64,000 nucleotides of DNA from Elusimicrobiales bacterium (GCA_038204165.1 JBBRDG010000004.1:4330-68329); one strand, 5' to 3'. Counted from the stretch's first letter, positions 43,838 through 52,964 are shown. Notes: generated by a model not told the origin, from the sequence alone. Translations and numbers: made by a program.

Positions 43838-44364
43838 TACTTGGTTGGTTTGGCCCAGGCGGCTATAACCGCTGACTCTACCGCGCCCTTGAAGGCCGCG
43901 TCCGGAAAAGTCAGGGAGTCCGGAAAAGCCACCCAGTAAGTCCCTGGTTCTTTAGCGGAAATCATCACGCCAGCCACGGCCAGCAGCTCGCCGTCGAAGG
44001 AGATCTCGGCGTTGGCGACACGCACTTTTGACTTGAGGGGCCGGAGCGCGGTAATCTTTATTTTCGGGGAGGCGGGCGCCTTGGCGGGCTTGGCGCAACG
44101 GGTTTTAAAGCAGGTTTCCAGCTTGCCATAAAGGCTCTTGGAAAGCAGTTTAACGTCGGAGTAGGTCTTGCCTTTATTCTCGGTCACGGGCATGATAACC
44201 GCGCCCTTCTCGAAGGTCACGCCTTTAACGGAAAACGCGGAGAAAGTGAACTCCCCGGAAAGAACGCCGTTGACGGAAGCCGTGCTTACCGCGGTTATCT
44301 CAAGCGCCGAAGCCGCGGCCTGAAAAGAAAGACAGAGCGCCAGAACCTCAATCAACTTTTTCAT
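43837..44364 (-). CDS. secreted protein with two tandem SpoVG-like modules (tentative)
   Basis: 175 aa with a signal peptide (CLSFQAAASA). Two halves, LEITAV...FSVKGVTFEKGAVIMPV...YSDV and IKITAL...AEISFDGELLAVAGVMISAKEPGTYWVAFP, resemble the SpoVG strand pattern. Overlaps both neighbouring genes. Confidence 0.5.
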   Translation of the reverse strand: MKKLIEVLALCLSFQAAASALEITAVSTASVNGVLSGEFTFSAFSVKGVTFEKGAVIMPVTENKGKTYSDVKLLSKSLYGKLETCFKTRCAKPAKAPASPKIKITALRPLKSKVRVANAEISFDGELLAVAGVMISAKEPGTYWVAFPDSLTFPDAAFKGAVESAVIAAWAKPTK

Positions 44365-45037
44365 TTGCCCTCCTGATTATCCCCACTATGTCATAAATAT
44401 CGTCCAGTTCGAAATCCGCGCCCGAGACCTTGGTGTCGAACTCGTTGCCGTACTTGGCCCAGGCGGTCCGCATCCCCAAGGCCTTGGCGCCTTTGATATC
44501 GCGCTCGGCCCAGTCGCCTACCATGATGGAGGCCGCCGGTTCAACGTTCATCAGGCTGAGTATTTTCTGAAAGGGTTTTGGCGAAGGCTTTTTCTCGCCG
44601 GTATCCTCGAAAGTTACTACATGGTCGAAGTAGTGGTGTAGCCCAAGCCCCACAATGCGCATCCACACGCTGAGGCGCGGCGCGTCCGAAACCACGCCCA
44701 TACGCACGCCGCTGCGGAGCAGGTCGGTAAGCGCCATTTTTACGTGCGGGTACAGGGTCATATGGCCCTCCTTCGCCCGTTTGTAGCCTATAATGCCCGC
44801 CGCCAGGATCTTGTAGTCTATCTGACCGAATTCCTTGGTGAGCACCTTATCGAAGATGTTCTGGTCCTCGATGCCTTCCGCCCAGTAGATAGTGAAGATC
44901 TTGTCCACCAGCTCCTGCTTCGGCATAGCCAGGCCCGCGTCGATCATGGCGTCGGCGGCCGCGTCCACCGCGGCGCGCTTCATGCGCATGAAGTCCATCA
45001 GCGTGTTATCAATATCCAGAATAACGGCTTTAATCAT
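44348..45037 (-). CDS. HAD-superfamily hydrolase (phosphatase)
   Basis: Motif I ILDIDNTL, motif II VVSDAP, motif IV VGDWAERDI. 229 aa. Confidence 0.8.
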   Translation of the reverse strand: MIKAVILDIDNTLMDFMRMKRAAVDAAADAMIDAGLAMPKQELVDKIFTIYWAEGIEDQNIFDKVLTKEFGQIDYKILAAGIIGYKRAKEGHMTLYPHVKMALTDLLRSGVRMGVVSDAPRLSVWMRIVGLGLHHYFDHVVTFEDTGEKKPSPKPFQKILSLMNVEPAASIMVGDWAERDIKGAKALGMRTAWAKYGNEFDTKVSGADFELDDIYDIVGIIRRANEKVD

Positions 45038-45061
45038 AAATTAAACTTCGGCTGCGCGGTT

Positions 45062-45637
45062 TTATTTTTTGGGTTCGGTAAAGCGCTCTACGTAGGACAT
45101 GTTGCGGGTGTCCACGCGCACCTTGTCCCCCACCTTTATGAACATCGGCACCTGGATTTCAAGCCCGGTGGACACCTTGGCCAGCTTCATCACGTTGGAA
45201 ACGGTATTGCCGCGCACGCCGTCCACGGTCTCCACGACCTCCATCACCAGGTTGGCGGGCAGCCCGACGCTGAAGAAAACGCCGTTCAGGTAAAGTCCTT
45301 CCACCGGCATGTTCTCGGTCAGGAACTTCATAGTATCGACTAGCTTGTCCAGCGGCAGGCCGGCCTGTTCGTAGCTCTCGTCGTCCATAAAGTAGGCCAT
45401 ACCGCCGTCGGAGTAAACGTAGGTTTTGGGGCGCTTCTCTATCTGCACGTCCTTAAACTTGTCCTCGGGGCGGTAAGCGGTCTCTATGATGGAGCCGGTT
45501 TCCACGTTCTTGAGCTTAACGCGCACCACGGCGCGGGCCTGGGACTTCCGGTGGTGCTGGACGGTCATCACCTGTACGGTCTGGCCGTTCTCGTTTATGA
45601 ACATTATGCCTTCTTTGAATTGTGTTGCGAGTATCAT
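45062..45637 (-). CDS. efp: elongation factor P
   Basis: 191 aa from the ATG at 45637 (AAGGAGA RBS). Three-domain EF-P pattern (HHRKSQARAVVRVKLKN, KLAKVSTGLEIQVPMFI). The 70-aa upstream extension in the track is rejected. Confidence 0.93.
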   Translation of the reverse strand: MILATQFKEGIMFINENGQTVQVMTVQHHRKSQARAVVRVKLKNVETGSIIETAYRPEDKFKDVQIEKRPKTYVYSDGGMAYFMDDESYEQAGLPLDKLVDTMKFLTENMPVEGLYLNGVFFSVGLPANLVMEVVETVDGVRGNTVSNVMKLAKVSTGLEIQVPMFIKVGDKVRVDTRNMSYVERFTEPKK

Positions 45638-45705
45638 GAGTGTCTCCTTGAGTTTATACTGAATCTTTCGTATTTCCGATAATCTGCGTTGAGCGCCACC
45701 CGGCG

Positions 45706-46752
45706 TTACACCTGCGGATGAACGGCCTGGTACGCCATCACCTTCAGCGCCAGGATGCGTTTCTCCATCGGCGGGTGCGTGGCCAGCAGGTCCGCCGCAA
45801 ACCCCATCTTCTCTTCGATCTGGCTGCCGCGCGGGTCGGTTATGCACATATGTGCCACGCCGTTATTGATGGCGTTGGTGGGCATTACCGCAGCCCGGAT
45901 CTTCTCGAGCGCCGCTACCAGCGCCAGCGGGTTGCGGGTCAGTTCCGAACCGCTGGCGTCGGCCAGGAATTCTCGCTGTCTGGAAACGGCCATAGCCAGC
46001 AGCCTTGAAATCAGGGGCGCCAGAATCACGAGTACGAGCCAGAGCGCGAAAAGAATCAGCGCCGCCCCGCCGCCCTTTTTGCCGGAGCTCCTTGAAGAGC
46101 TTCCGCCGGAAGAGGAGCCGCGGCCGCCGAAGCGCATGCTGCGCCCGGCGAAGTCGCTCAGCAGGGCTATCGCGCCGATCATGCCGGCCATCACGGTCAT
46201 AAGGCGCATATCGTAATTGCGGATATGGCTCATCTCGTGGGCCACCACGCCCTGCAGCTCCTCACGGTTGAGCGACCGCAGCAGTCCGGCGGTGACTGCT
46301 ATCACGGAATTGGCAGGGGTCGTGCCCGTTGCGAAAGCGTTAAGGTCCTGGTCGGGCACAACGTAGGCCGTCGGCGCCGGCAAGCCCGCTGCGGTGGCCA
46401 TTTCTTCCACCACGTTTAAAAATTGTTTTTCCTCAGGGTCGAGTGGGTCGGCGCGTCTGGCCATGGTGGAGCGCAGCACCATCCGGGGCCCGTTCAGCAT
46501 GCTGTTGCCGGCGATGCCCATGCCAATCAGCAGCGAGATAATAGTGCCTAAAGGTATCCTGGACGCGGCCGGGGAACTCTGCCTCTCGTAGTATCCGTTG
46601 GGATTATACGTAACCTTGGGTTCGGTAAAAGGGCTGAAGTTAAGATAGAAATAATCGAACCCAAGGCCTATCACCAGAAAAAAAAGCACGAACACCAGCA
46701 TAATAGCCGCCGTCAGGCGCCGGTTAGAGGACTGTTGTTCGTAAATATTCAT
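45706..46752 (-). CDS. htpX: M48-family zinc metalloprotease (HtpX-like)
   Basis: HEMSHIRNYD (HExxH), TM helices, Gly/Ser-rich linker, distal Glu ligand region (EFLADASG). Confidence 0.85.
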   Translation of the reverse strand: MNIYEQQSSNRRLTAAIMLVFVLFFLVIGLGFDYFYLNFSPFTEPKVTYNPNGYYERQSSPAASRIPLGTIISLLIGMGIAGNSMLNGPRMVLRSTMARRADPLDPEEKQFLNVVEEMATAAGLPAPTAYVVPDQDLNAFATGTTPANSVIAVTAGLLRSLNREELQGVVAHEMSHIRNYDMRLMTVMAGMIGAIALLSDFAGRSMRFGGRGSSSGGSSSRSSGKKGGGAALILFALWLVLVILAPLISRLLAMAVSRQREFLADASGSELTRNPLALVAALEKIRAAVMPTNAINNGVAHMCITDPRGSQIEEKMGFAADLLATHPPMEKRILALKVMAYQAVHPQV

Positions 46753-46795
46753 TAAAAAAGAAACGCGGACAGGGACCGACTGCGTCCCTGCCCGC
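46753..46795 (-). terminator. terminator-like hairpin between lemA and htpX
   Basis: On the minus strand, GCGGGCAGGGAC...GUCCCUGUCCGC (12 bp, 1 mismatch), then GUUUCUUUUUUA running straight into the htpX ATG. Confidence 0.5.
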
Positions 46796-46806
46796 TTACG
46801 CGAAAC

Positions 46807-47370
46807 TTAGACCGTCAGGTTCACCTTGGGGGTTTCCCTGTCGGGGGAATCCGCCGGAAGTTCCCACAGCACAGACGGAGAGAAGCCCAGCATGGAGGCG
46901 AACAGGTTGGTCGGAAAAACCTGCTGCTGCGTGTTGAACTTGGTCACCACGTCGTTATAGAACTGGCGCGCGAAACCTATCTGGTTCTCGGTGTGGGTCA
47001 GCTCTTCCATCAGCGTCTTAACCGCCTCGATGGCCTTCAGGTTAGGGTAGTTCTCGGAGATAGCCATCAGCCTGCCCAGGGCCTGCGTGAGCATACCTTC
47101 CTTGGCCAGTATTTCGTTCATATTGCCGCCCTGCCCTGCGGAAACGGCCGCGGCGCGGGCCCGGATTACGCTCTCGAGGGTTTCTTTCTCAAACTTCATC
47201 TCGCCTTTTACCGATTCCACCAGGTTGGGGATCAGGTCATGGCGGCGCTTAAGCTGCACGTCTATCTGGCGGAACGCGTTCGCCACCTGGTTGCGCAGCT
47301 GCACCAGCCCGTTGAACGTGAACACCACCCACGCGCCGATAACCAGCAGTACTATCGCTATTATGATCAT
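46807..47370 (-). CDS. lemA: LemA-family protein
   Basis: 187 aa with an N-terminal TM helix. QIDVQLKRRHDLIPNLV...ENYPNLKA...RQFYNDVV are LemA hallmarks. Confidence 0.88.
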   Translation of the reverse strand: MIIIAIVLLVIGAWVVFTFNGLVQLRNQVANAFRQIDVQLKRRHDLIPNLVESVKGEMKFEKETLESVIRARAAAVSAGQGGNMNEILAKEGMLTQALGRLMAISENYPNLKAIEAVKTLMEELTHTENQIGFARQFYNDVVTKFNTQQQVFPTNLFASMLGFSPSVLWELPADSPDRETPKVNLTV

Positions 47371-47418
47371 TTTTCCTCCTCAAAAACACCGTAGATTTCT
47401 AAGAGCTGAAGGCGGGCC

Positions 47419-48465
47419 TTACCGGCCCATCTTCGTAAGTATTTCGCAGCCGGTCTTCGTGACCAGCACGGAATCCTCTATGCGCACTCCGAACTTGCCG
47501 TGCAAGTAAATACCGGGCTCTACTGTCACAGCCATTCCCGCTTTAAGTACTTCTTCAGACTTGGTGTTAAGAGTAGGCGCCTCGTGAATCTCAAGGCCCA
47601 CGCCGTGGCCGGTGCCGTGGATGAAATACTGGCCGTAGCCGGCGTCGGCGATATGGCTGCGGCAGGCGGCGTCCACGTCGCGCGTCTTCACGCCGGCACG
47701 CACCTTGGCGAGTCCGGCCTTCTGCGCGGCGTCTACGATGGCGTACACTTTTTTAAATTCCGCGTCGGGCTTGCCGTGGAAATAAGTGCGGGTAATGTCG
47801 GAGCAGTAGTTGCCGTACACGCAGCCGTAATCTATCAGTACCGCCTCGTTGTTCCTGAGCTTGCGCTCGGAAGTCTCGTGGTGGGGCAGGGCTGAATCCG
47901 GGCCAAAACCTATGATTAGATTGAAAGAAGGACCCTTGGCGCCCATGGCCTGCATAATGTCCTCCAGCTCGCGGTAAACGGACAGCTCGGTGCGGCCGGT
48001 CTTGATACGGGGCTTGATTAAGCCGAACGCCTTGGCGGCTATTCGGCAGGACTTGCGCAGGATCTCGACTTCTTCTCCTTCCTTGACGGTCCGGAGCGAG
48101 GAAGTGAGGCCCTTGTGTTCGGCGAAGCCGCATTTCTTCCAGAAATTACCGCGCAGATAGCTCTCGGTCTCCGGCTCGAACACAGCTTTCTTAAGGCCGA
48201 GTTCCTTCACCTTGGCGGCAGCCGCCTCCAACATATTGTCGGGCGAGGAGGCTTTCACGAAATTGACCTTGGAATTGAAATCTGCCAGCAGCATCTTGGG
48301 CATGAAAGCCCAGACTCCGGTACGGGAAACCAGCATAAGGAGCCCATCCAGGTGGAAACCGGTCAGGAAACCTATCTCCAGCGTGCGGCTCAGCACAATG
48401 GCGTCCAGGCGGTTCTGCTTGAGCAGGTATTGCAGGTCTTTTATGCGTTTGGCGTGAATATTCAT
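47419..48465 (-). CDS. pepP: Xaa-Pro aminopeptidase / M24B peptidase
   Basis: Pita-bread metal ligands: DYGCVYGNYCSDITRT, HGTGHGVGLEIHE, VEPGIY...IRIED. Confidence 0.85.
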   Translation of the reverse strand: MNIHAKRIKDLQYLLKQNRLDAIVLSRTLEIGFLTGFHLDGLLMLVSRTGVWAFMPKMLLADFNSKVNFVKASSPDNMLEAAAAKVKELGLKKAVFEPETESYLRGNFWKKCGFAEHKGLTSSLRTVKEGEEVEILRKSCRIAAKAFGLIKPRIKTGRTELSVYRELEDIMQAMGAKGPSFNLIIGFGPDSALPHHETSERKLRNNEAVLIDYGCVYGNYCSDITRTYFHGKPDAEFKKVYAIVDAAQKAGLAKVRAGVKTRDVDAACRSHIADAGYGQYFIHGTGHGVGLEIHEAPTLNTKSEEVLKAGMAVTVEPGIYLHGKFGVRIEDSVLVTKTGCEILTKMGR

Positions 48466-48486
48466 GGTCTCCCCATAAACCGAAAT

Positions 48487-48512
48487 AAGCCCCCGGCGAG
48501 AGCCGGAAGCTT
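48487..48512 (-). terminator. hairpin between rsmA and pepP
   Basis: AAGCUUCCGGC-ucuc-GCCGGGGGCUU (11 bp including 2 G-U pairs), then AUUUCGGUUUAU on the minus strand. Confidence 0.45.
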
Positions 48513-48567
48513 ATTAATTATACTATTTTATATAGACAACTTCCCTGCGGAGCGCCTATGGCTGGAC

Positions 48568-49338
48568 TTATTTTTTTCCGCCTAGAATATCGGCCAGCAC
48601 GGAAAAACCCTCCAGGGAGATCTCCTGAGCCCTGACGGTCGGTTTAAACCCGGCCTTTTCCACAGCGGCCGCGCCTACGGCTTTTTCCACGCCGCAAAGG
48701 GACAGGGAATTTATCAGGGTCTTGCGGCGGTGGGCGAAAGCCTTCCGCACCAGCGCCCGGAAAGCGTCCTCGGCCGCTTTCTCCTGAAAGAACTTCTTCG
48801 GCTTGAAAGCTACCACGGCGGAATCCACCGCTGGCACGGGCTTGAAACTGGCGGCCTTTATGCTCATGACCAGCGAAGCGGAGGAGCGCGAAGCGGCCAG
48901 CAGGGAAAGATAACCGTAATCGTGATCGCCCGGCAAGGCCAGGATACGGCTGGCTACCTCTTTCTGAAACATAAAAACGGCCAGTTCGAAGCCGGGAAAA
49001 AACAGGGTTTTCTCAAGTATGGCGGTGGAACACTCGTAGGGCAGGTTGCCGATAAAGGCCGTACGGCCGGGACCGGCCACCGTGCCCAGGTCGGTCTCGA
49101 GAAAGTCGCTGTTCACTATCTCCAGTCCCGGGAACCTGGCATTCAGGGCCGGCACCAGGCGCGGGTCTATCTCCACAGCCTTCATGCGCTCCTTGTATTT
49201 CGGGTACAGGTAGGCGGTAAGAGCCCCGCCGCCTGGCCCTATCTCTACTACCCGGTCAAAAGTCCCGTCGTCGAGGCTTGCGGCTATAGCCGCGCAGAGG
49301 CTCTCGTCGGCTAGAAAAACCTGGCTGAATTTAGGCAT
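48568..49338 (-). CDS. rsmA: 16S rRNA (adenine1518/1519-N6)-dimethyltransferase
   Basis: QVFL N-terminus, SAM motif VVEIGPGGGALT, and catalytic GNLPY. Confidence 0.88.
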   Translation of the reverse strand: MPKFSQVFLADESLCAAIAASLDDGTFDRVVEIGPGGGALTAYLYPKYKERMKAVEIDPRLVPALNARFPGLEIVNSDFLETDLGTVAGPGRTAFIGNLPYECSTAILEKTLFFPGFELAVFMFQKEVASRILALPGDHDYGYLSLLAASRSSASLVMSIKAASFKPVPAVDSAVVAFKPKKFFQEKAAEDAFRALVRKAFAHRRKTLINSLSLCGVEKAVGAAAVEKAGFKPTVRAQEISLEGFSVLADILGGKK

Positions 49339-49385
49339 AAAAGTAAGGGACCGAAGCTCTTACAAAGGATAAAACCGCGCGGCGG

Positions 49386-50771
49386 TCAGCAAAGGGTGGC
49401 CAGTTTAAGCTTGATCTCCTCGCCGAGCTTCCAGACGTCACCCGCGCCAAGCGTCAAAAAAACGTCGCCGCGCCGGAGTTCCTTCATGGCCTCCAGCGCG
49501 CCGGGAAAAGCGGAAGCCGCCGAGCCGTTGCGGACCAGCTGACGCAGGACAAGGCCGGAATCCACGCCGGGCAGTGGTTTTTCCCCCGCCGCGTAGACCG
49601 GCGCCACGTAAACGCGGTCGGCTGCCCCGAAGGCTTTGCCGAAATCGCGGTAGAGCAGGGCGGTGCGGCTATAGCGGTGCGGCTGAAAGAGCACCACCAG
49701 CCTGCGGCCCGCGAAAAGGCCGCGCGCGGCTTCGAGCGTGGCTTTCACTTCTGTGGGATGATGGCCGTAGTCGTCTACAAAATCCACGCCGCCGGCGGCG
49801 CCCAGCCTGTCCATGCGCCTTTTAACGCCGGAGAAAGCCCAGAGCCCCCCGGCCAGTTTCCCAAAATCGAAGCCCAGGTAGCTGCCGGCCGCCAGCGCCA
49901 GCAGGGAGTTGCGCACGTTATGCGCCCCGCCGGTGCGGAGCCGCACCCTGCCCTTCTTTTTACCGCGGAAGAAAGCCGTGTAAGAGGAACCGGCGGACGA
50001 GAACGAAGCGTCGCGGGCGGTCCAGTCCGCCGTCCCGCCGAGACTGCAGGTGACGTGCGGCACTTTAAGGCCGGGAAGGATTTCCCTCACGCCCGGGTCG
50101 TCGGAGCAGAGCGCCGCCATGCCGTAAAAAGGCAGGCGCCCGAGATGCCGCTTAAAAGCCTCACGCAGGTTAGCCATGTTCCCGTAATGGTCGAGGTGGT
50201 CGGAATCGATATTGGTGACGCAGGCCACGAGCGGCGAAAAATAAAGGAATGAGCCGTCGGACTCGTCCGCTTCGGCAACCAGGTATTCGCTGCGGCCCAG
50301 CTTCAGGTTGGAGCCGGCCCCTTTCACTATGCCGCCGACCACCGCGGTAGCGTCTGCGCCGGCGGCTTCCAGCGCCGCGGCCGTCATGGAAGTAGTAGTG
50401 GTCTTGCCGTGCGTGCCGGCGATCGTAATGGTTTTTTTTCGCTCGGCGAGCTTGGAGAGCATCAGCGCGCGCTGCACCACGGGTATGCCGGAGTTCAGGG
50501 CCGCCGCCAGCTCGGGATTGTCAGGCTTTATCGCGGAGCTGACCACCACTACGTCCGGTGTTCCCAGCGCGCCGGCCGAGTGCCCCACCGTGATTCGCGC
50601 GCCTTCCCTGGCCAGGGCGGAGGTGATTTCCGAGCCTTTAACGTCGGAACCGGAAACCTTGTAGCCGAGGCCCAGCATCAGGCGCGCGATGCCGCTCATC
50701 CCTATGCCGCCGATGCCTATGAAATGAGCTTTCTTTATTTCTTCCAGCGAGAAGTCTTCCGCGTAGTTCAT
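49386..50771 (-). CDS. murC: UDP-N-acetylmuramate--L-alanine ligase
   Basis: HFIGIGGIGMSGIA, GTHGKTTTTSM P-loop, DYGHHPTE. 461 aa. Confidence 0.93.
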   Translation of the reverse strand: MNYAEDFSLEEIKKAHFIGIGGIGMSGIARLMLGLGYKVSGSDVKGSEITSALAREGARITVGHSAGALGTPDVVVVSSAIKPDNPELAAALNSGIPVVQRALMLSKLAERKKTITIAGTHGKTTTTSMTAAALEAAGADATAVVGGIVKGAGSNLKLGRSEYLVAEADESDGSFLYFSPLVACVTNIDSDHLDHYGNMANLREAFKRHLGRLPFYGMAALCSDDPGVREILPGLKVPHVTCSLGGTADWTARDASFSSAGSSYTAFFRGKKKGRVRLRTGGAHNVRNSLLALAAGSYLGFDFGKLAGGLWAFSGVKRRMDRLGAAGGVDFVDDYGHHPTEVKATLEAARGLFAGRRLVVLFQPHRYSRTALLYRDFGKAFGAADRVYVAPVYAAGEKPLPGVDSGLVLRQLVRNGSAASAFPGALEAMKELRRGDVFLTLGAGDVWKLGEEIKLKLATLC

Positions 50772-51331
50772 TAAATTTTCTCCATGCCTTCCACGAGCCG
50801 GTCCAGCCAGGCCTGAGCAGCCGCCACGGCCGCCGCCCAGGAACAGGGCTCCAGTTCAATTATAACAGTATCGGCCATTTTTGAGAAAGCCCCGTCAAAG
50901 ACGGCGGCCCCCTTGCGGCAGAACACCAGGCAGCGCCTGTCCGAAAAAAGCAGTTCCACGGCGCGGGCGCTGAAGCGCTCCGAAAGCATGGCCAGCGGCC
51001 CCAGCTCGTCGAAAAGAAGGATCTTTCCGGCTTCGGCGGACTCGAGCGAACGCAGCGCCGTCCCTTCCAGCGCCGCCAGGCTGACCCCGTATTTATTGAA
51101 AGATACGGGGCTCAGCAGGCTTTTGGAGGCCAGCACAGCGCGGCCGCCGCCCAGCGCCTGAATCTCAAACCCGTCCCTGCGCCCTTCCGGACGCAGTTCG
51201 AAAGTGCGGAACCCGCCGAGCCAGCGGCCGTACCCGGCCACAAGCTTGCCGGCCAGGCGCTCTTTTAAATTATAGTCGCTGAACTTCACCACCAGACGGG
51301 AGGCGGTCTCCAGGCCTCGGGGATATTTCAT
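50771..51331 (-). CDS. THEP1/NTPase-like protein lacking a Walker A motif
   Basis: GGFRTFELRPEGRRDGFEIQAL...NKYGVSL...ILLFDELGPLAMLSERF parallels the THEP1 (COG1618) core and Walker B. The P-loop position reads VVKFSDYNLKE. Overlaps the TPR gene by 4 nt and murC by 1 nt. Confidence 0.55.
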   Translation of the reverse strand: MKYPRGLETASRLVVKFSDYNLKERLAGKLVAGYGRWLGGFRTFELRPEGRRDGFEIQALGGGRAVLASKSLLSPVSFNKYGVSLAALEGTALRSLESAEAGKILLFDELGPLAMLSERFSARAVELLFSDRRCLVFCRKGAAVFDGAFSKMADTVIIELEPCSWAAAVAAAQAWLDRLVEGMEKI

Positions 51332-52926
51332 TTTTTTCCCTCGAGCCAGATCCTGTTGGCCAGCGCGGTCTTATTGCCCGGCTCGAGCCTGAGCGCTTCA
51401 AGGCAGGCGGCCAGCGCCCGGTCTTCGGCCCCGGCTTCCACCAGCGCGGCGCTGCGCCCCAGCGCGGCCTGCGCGCTGCCGCCCGAAAATTCGTCCAGCG
51501 CCAGTTCATGCTCGCCAAGCAGCAGGTACCCGAGCCCTCGCAGGAGTTTTATTCCCGGATCGGAACCGGCCTCGTCCATCTCCTCCAGCGCCTCGGAAGC
51601 GTTATCGAGCCAATTGTCCCCCATCACCCAGAGCCCCATGTCGTTGCCCACGTCGCGCGGCTTGTAGAGCGCCTTGTTCTTACGCTCGGGAGAGACGGAG
51701 GAAGGGGGCCCGGTCTCGATGTTGAAATTCAGGCGGGCGTCGCTTTTAGGGGAGAGGCCTTTCATGAGCTTGTCGGCCTCCGCGGCTATCTCGCCCGCTT
51801 TCTTAAACCGCTCCTGCTCTGTCCCCGCAGCCAGGAAATATTCGCGCTTGGTATAGCTGAACCTGGGCTTTTTAAACGCCGCCTGCAGGCGGCCTGCCAT
51901 TTTCTCGCCGGCGCCTTGCGCCGGCAGGGCGGCCTTGGGCGTCTCCAGCAGTTCTATTACCACCCTGGCCTCCTGGCCCGGCGGGATCTTTTTCAGCGCC
52001 GAGAGCAGCGGACTGTCCGGGGCCTTCGCCGTTCCGTCGTCCGGAGCGCCGCCGGCATAGGCCAGCGACATGGAAATGCCGCCCTTGTCGTTACCCGAAG
52101 CCAGCATGAAAGCGCCGTCCATTATTTTTTTAATCTCCTGGCCCCTGTCCGCTTTCCGCAGCGCCCAGCACAGGCGGAACCTGGCCACCGAATCCCCGGG
52201 CTTTACTTCGAGCGCCTTCTTATAGAGTTTTATCGCCGCCGGAAGGGCGCCGGCCCGCTCTTTCAGCACGGCCAGCTCCAGCAGGGCATCCTCGTAGCCT
52301 GGAAAAATAGACACGGCCTTTTCCAGTTGCACTTCCGCCTGGTCGTAGCGGCCCAGGCGCGAATAGAACATCCCCAACTGGTAGCGGTAAAGGGGGTTGG
52401 AAGGGTCCAGCGCCGCGGAGGCGCGGAAATAATCAAGAGCGTGCCCGGAGTCGCCAAGGGCCTGGTATACCGAGCCGGCGTTCATCTTGACGTCGGCGCG
52501 CGAAGGGTCGAGGCGGTCCGCTTCCAGGAAATCGGCTAGTGCCTCTTTGTACTGGCCAGCCCTGGCTCTCACTATACCGCGCAGCTGGTACCCCATCGGG
52601 TTAGAAGGGTCGAGCTTAAGCGCAGCCTCGAACTCATCCAGCGCTTTGTCCGGGGCGCCTAGCCAGTACAGCGCGGAACCGTACAGCAGGCGCGGCCACG
52701 GGCTTTCCGGGGCTTTCTGCGAAGCCTTGTAGAATTCGTCGGCTGCGGCCCCGTAATTCTCCTCTCCCATCAGCGCGTAGCCGCGGCGGAGGTTGAAGGC
52801 GCTCTGCTCCTCCATGATGCGGTCCCATACCGTGTTAGTGCCAGCGGGCGCGGGGACGCAGCGCGCGGGAGTCGCCGCGGCGGCGCAGAGCGCACCGGCC
52901 AATAGGATGTATTTAAACCGCGCCAT
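51328..52926 (-). CDS. secreted TPR-repeat protein
   Basis: 532 aa with a signal peptide. Repeated A..Y..AL.LDP.N TPR signatures (ALKLDPSNP, ADRLDPSRA, AAALDPSNP, ALEVKPGD, ALRLEPGN). Confidence 0.8.
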   Translation of the reverse strand: MARFKYILLAGALCAAAATPARCVPAPAGTNTVWDRIMEEQSAFNLRRGYALMGEENYGAAADEFYKASQKAPESPWPRLLYGSALYWLGAPDKALDEFEAALKLDPSNPMGYQLRGIVRARAGQYKEALADFLEADRLDPSRADVKMNAGSVYQALGDSGHALDYFRASAALDPSNPLYRYQLGMFYSRLGRYDQAEVQLEKAVSIFPGYEDALLELAVLKERAGALPAAIKLYKKALEVKPGDSVARFRLCWALRKADRGQEIKKIMDGAFMLASGNDKGGISMSLAYAGGAPDDGTAKAPDSPLLSALKKIPPGQEARVVIELLETPKAALPAQGAGEKMAGRLQAAFKKPRFSYTKREYFLAAGTEQERFKKAGEIAAEADKLMKGLSPKSDARLNFNIETGPPSSVSPERKNKALYKPRDVGNDMGLWVMGDNWLDNASEALEEMDEAGSDPGIKLLRGLGYLLLGEHELALDEFSGGSAQAALGRSAALVEAGAEDRALAACLEALRLEPGNKTALANRIWLEGKK

Positions 52927-52964
52927 GATATAAGAGGATTATATTTTATTTGGCGGATAAGGGC

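Noticed and set aside
45638-45847. 70-codon upstream extension of efp in the ORF track
   Set aside because: It overlaps the htpX 3' end and has Gly/Pro/Arg-rich nonsense composition. The ATG at 45637 has an AAGGAGA RBS and gives a canonical-length EF-P.
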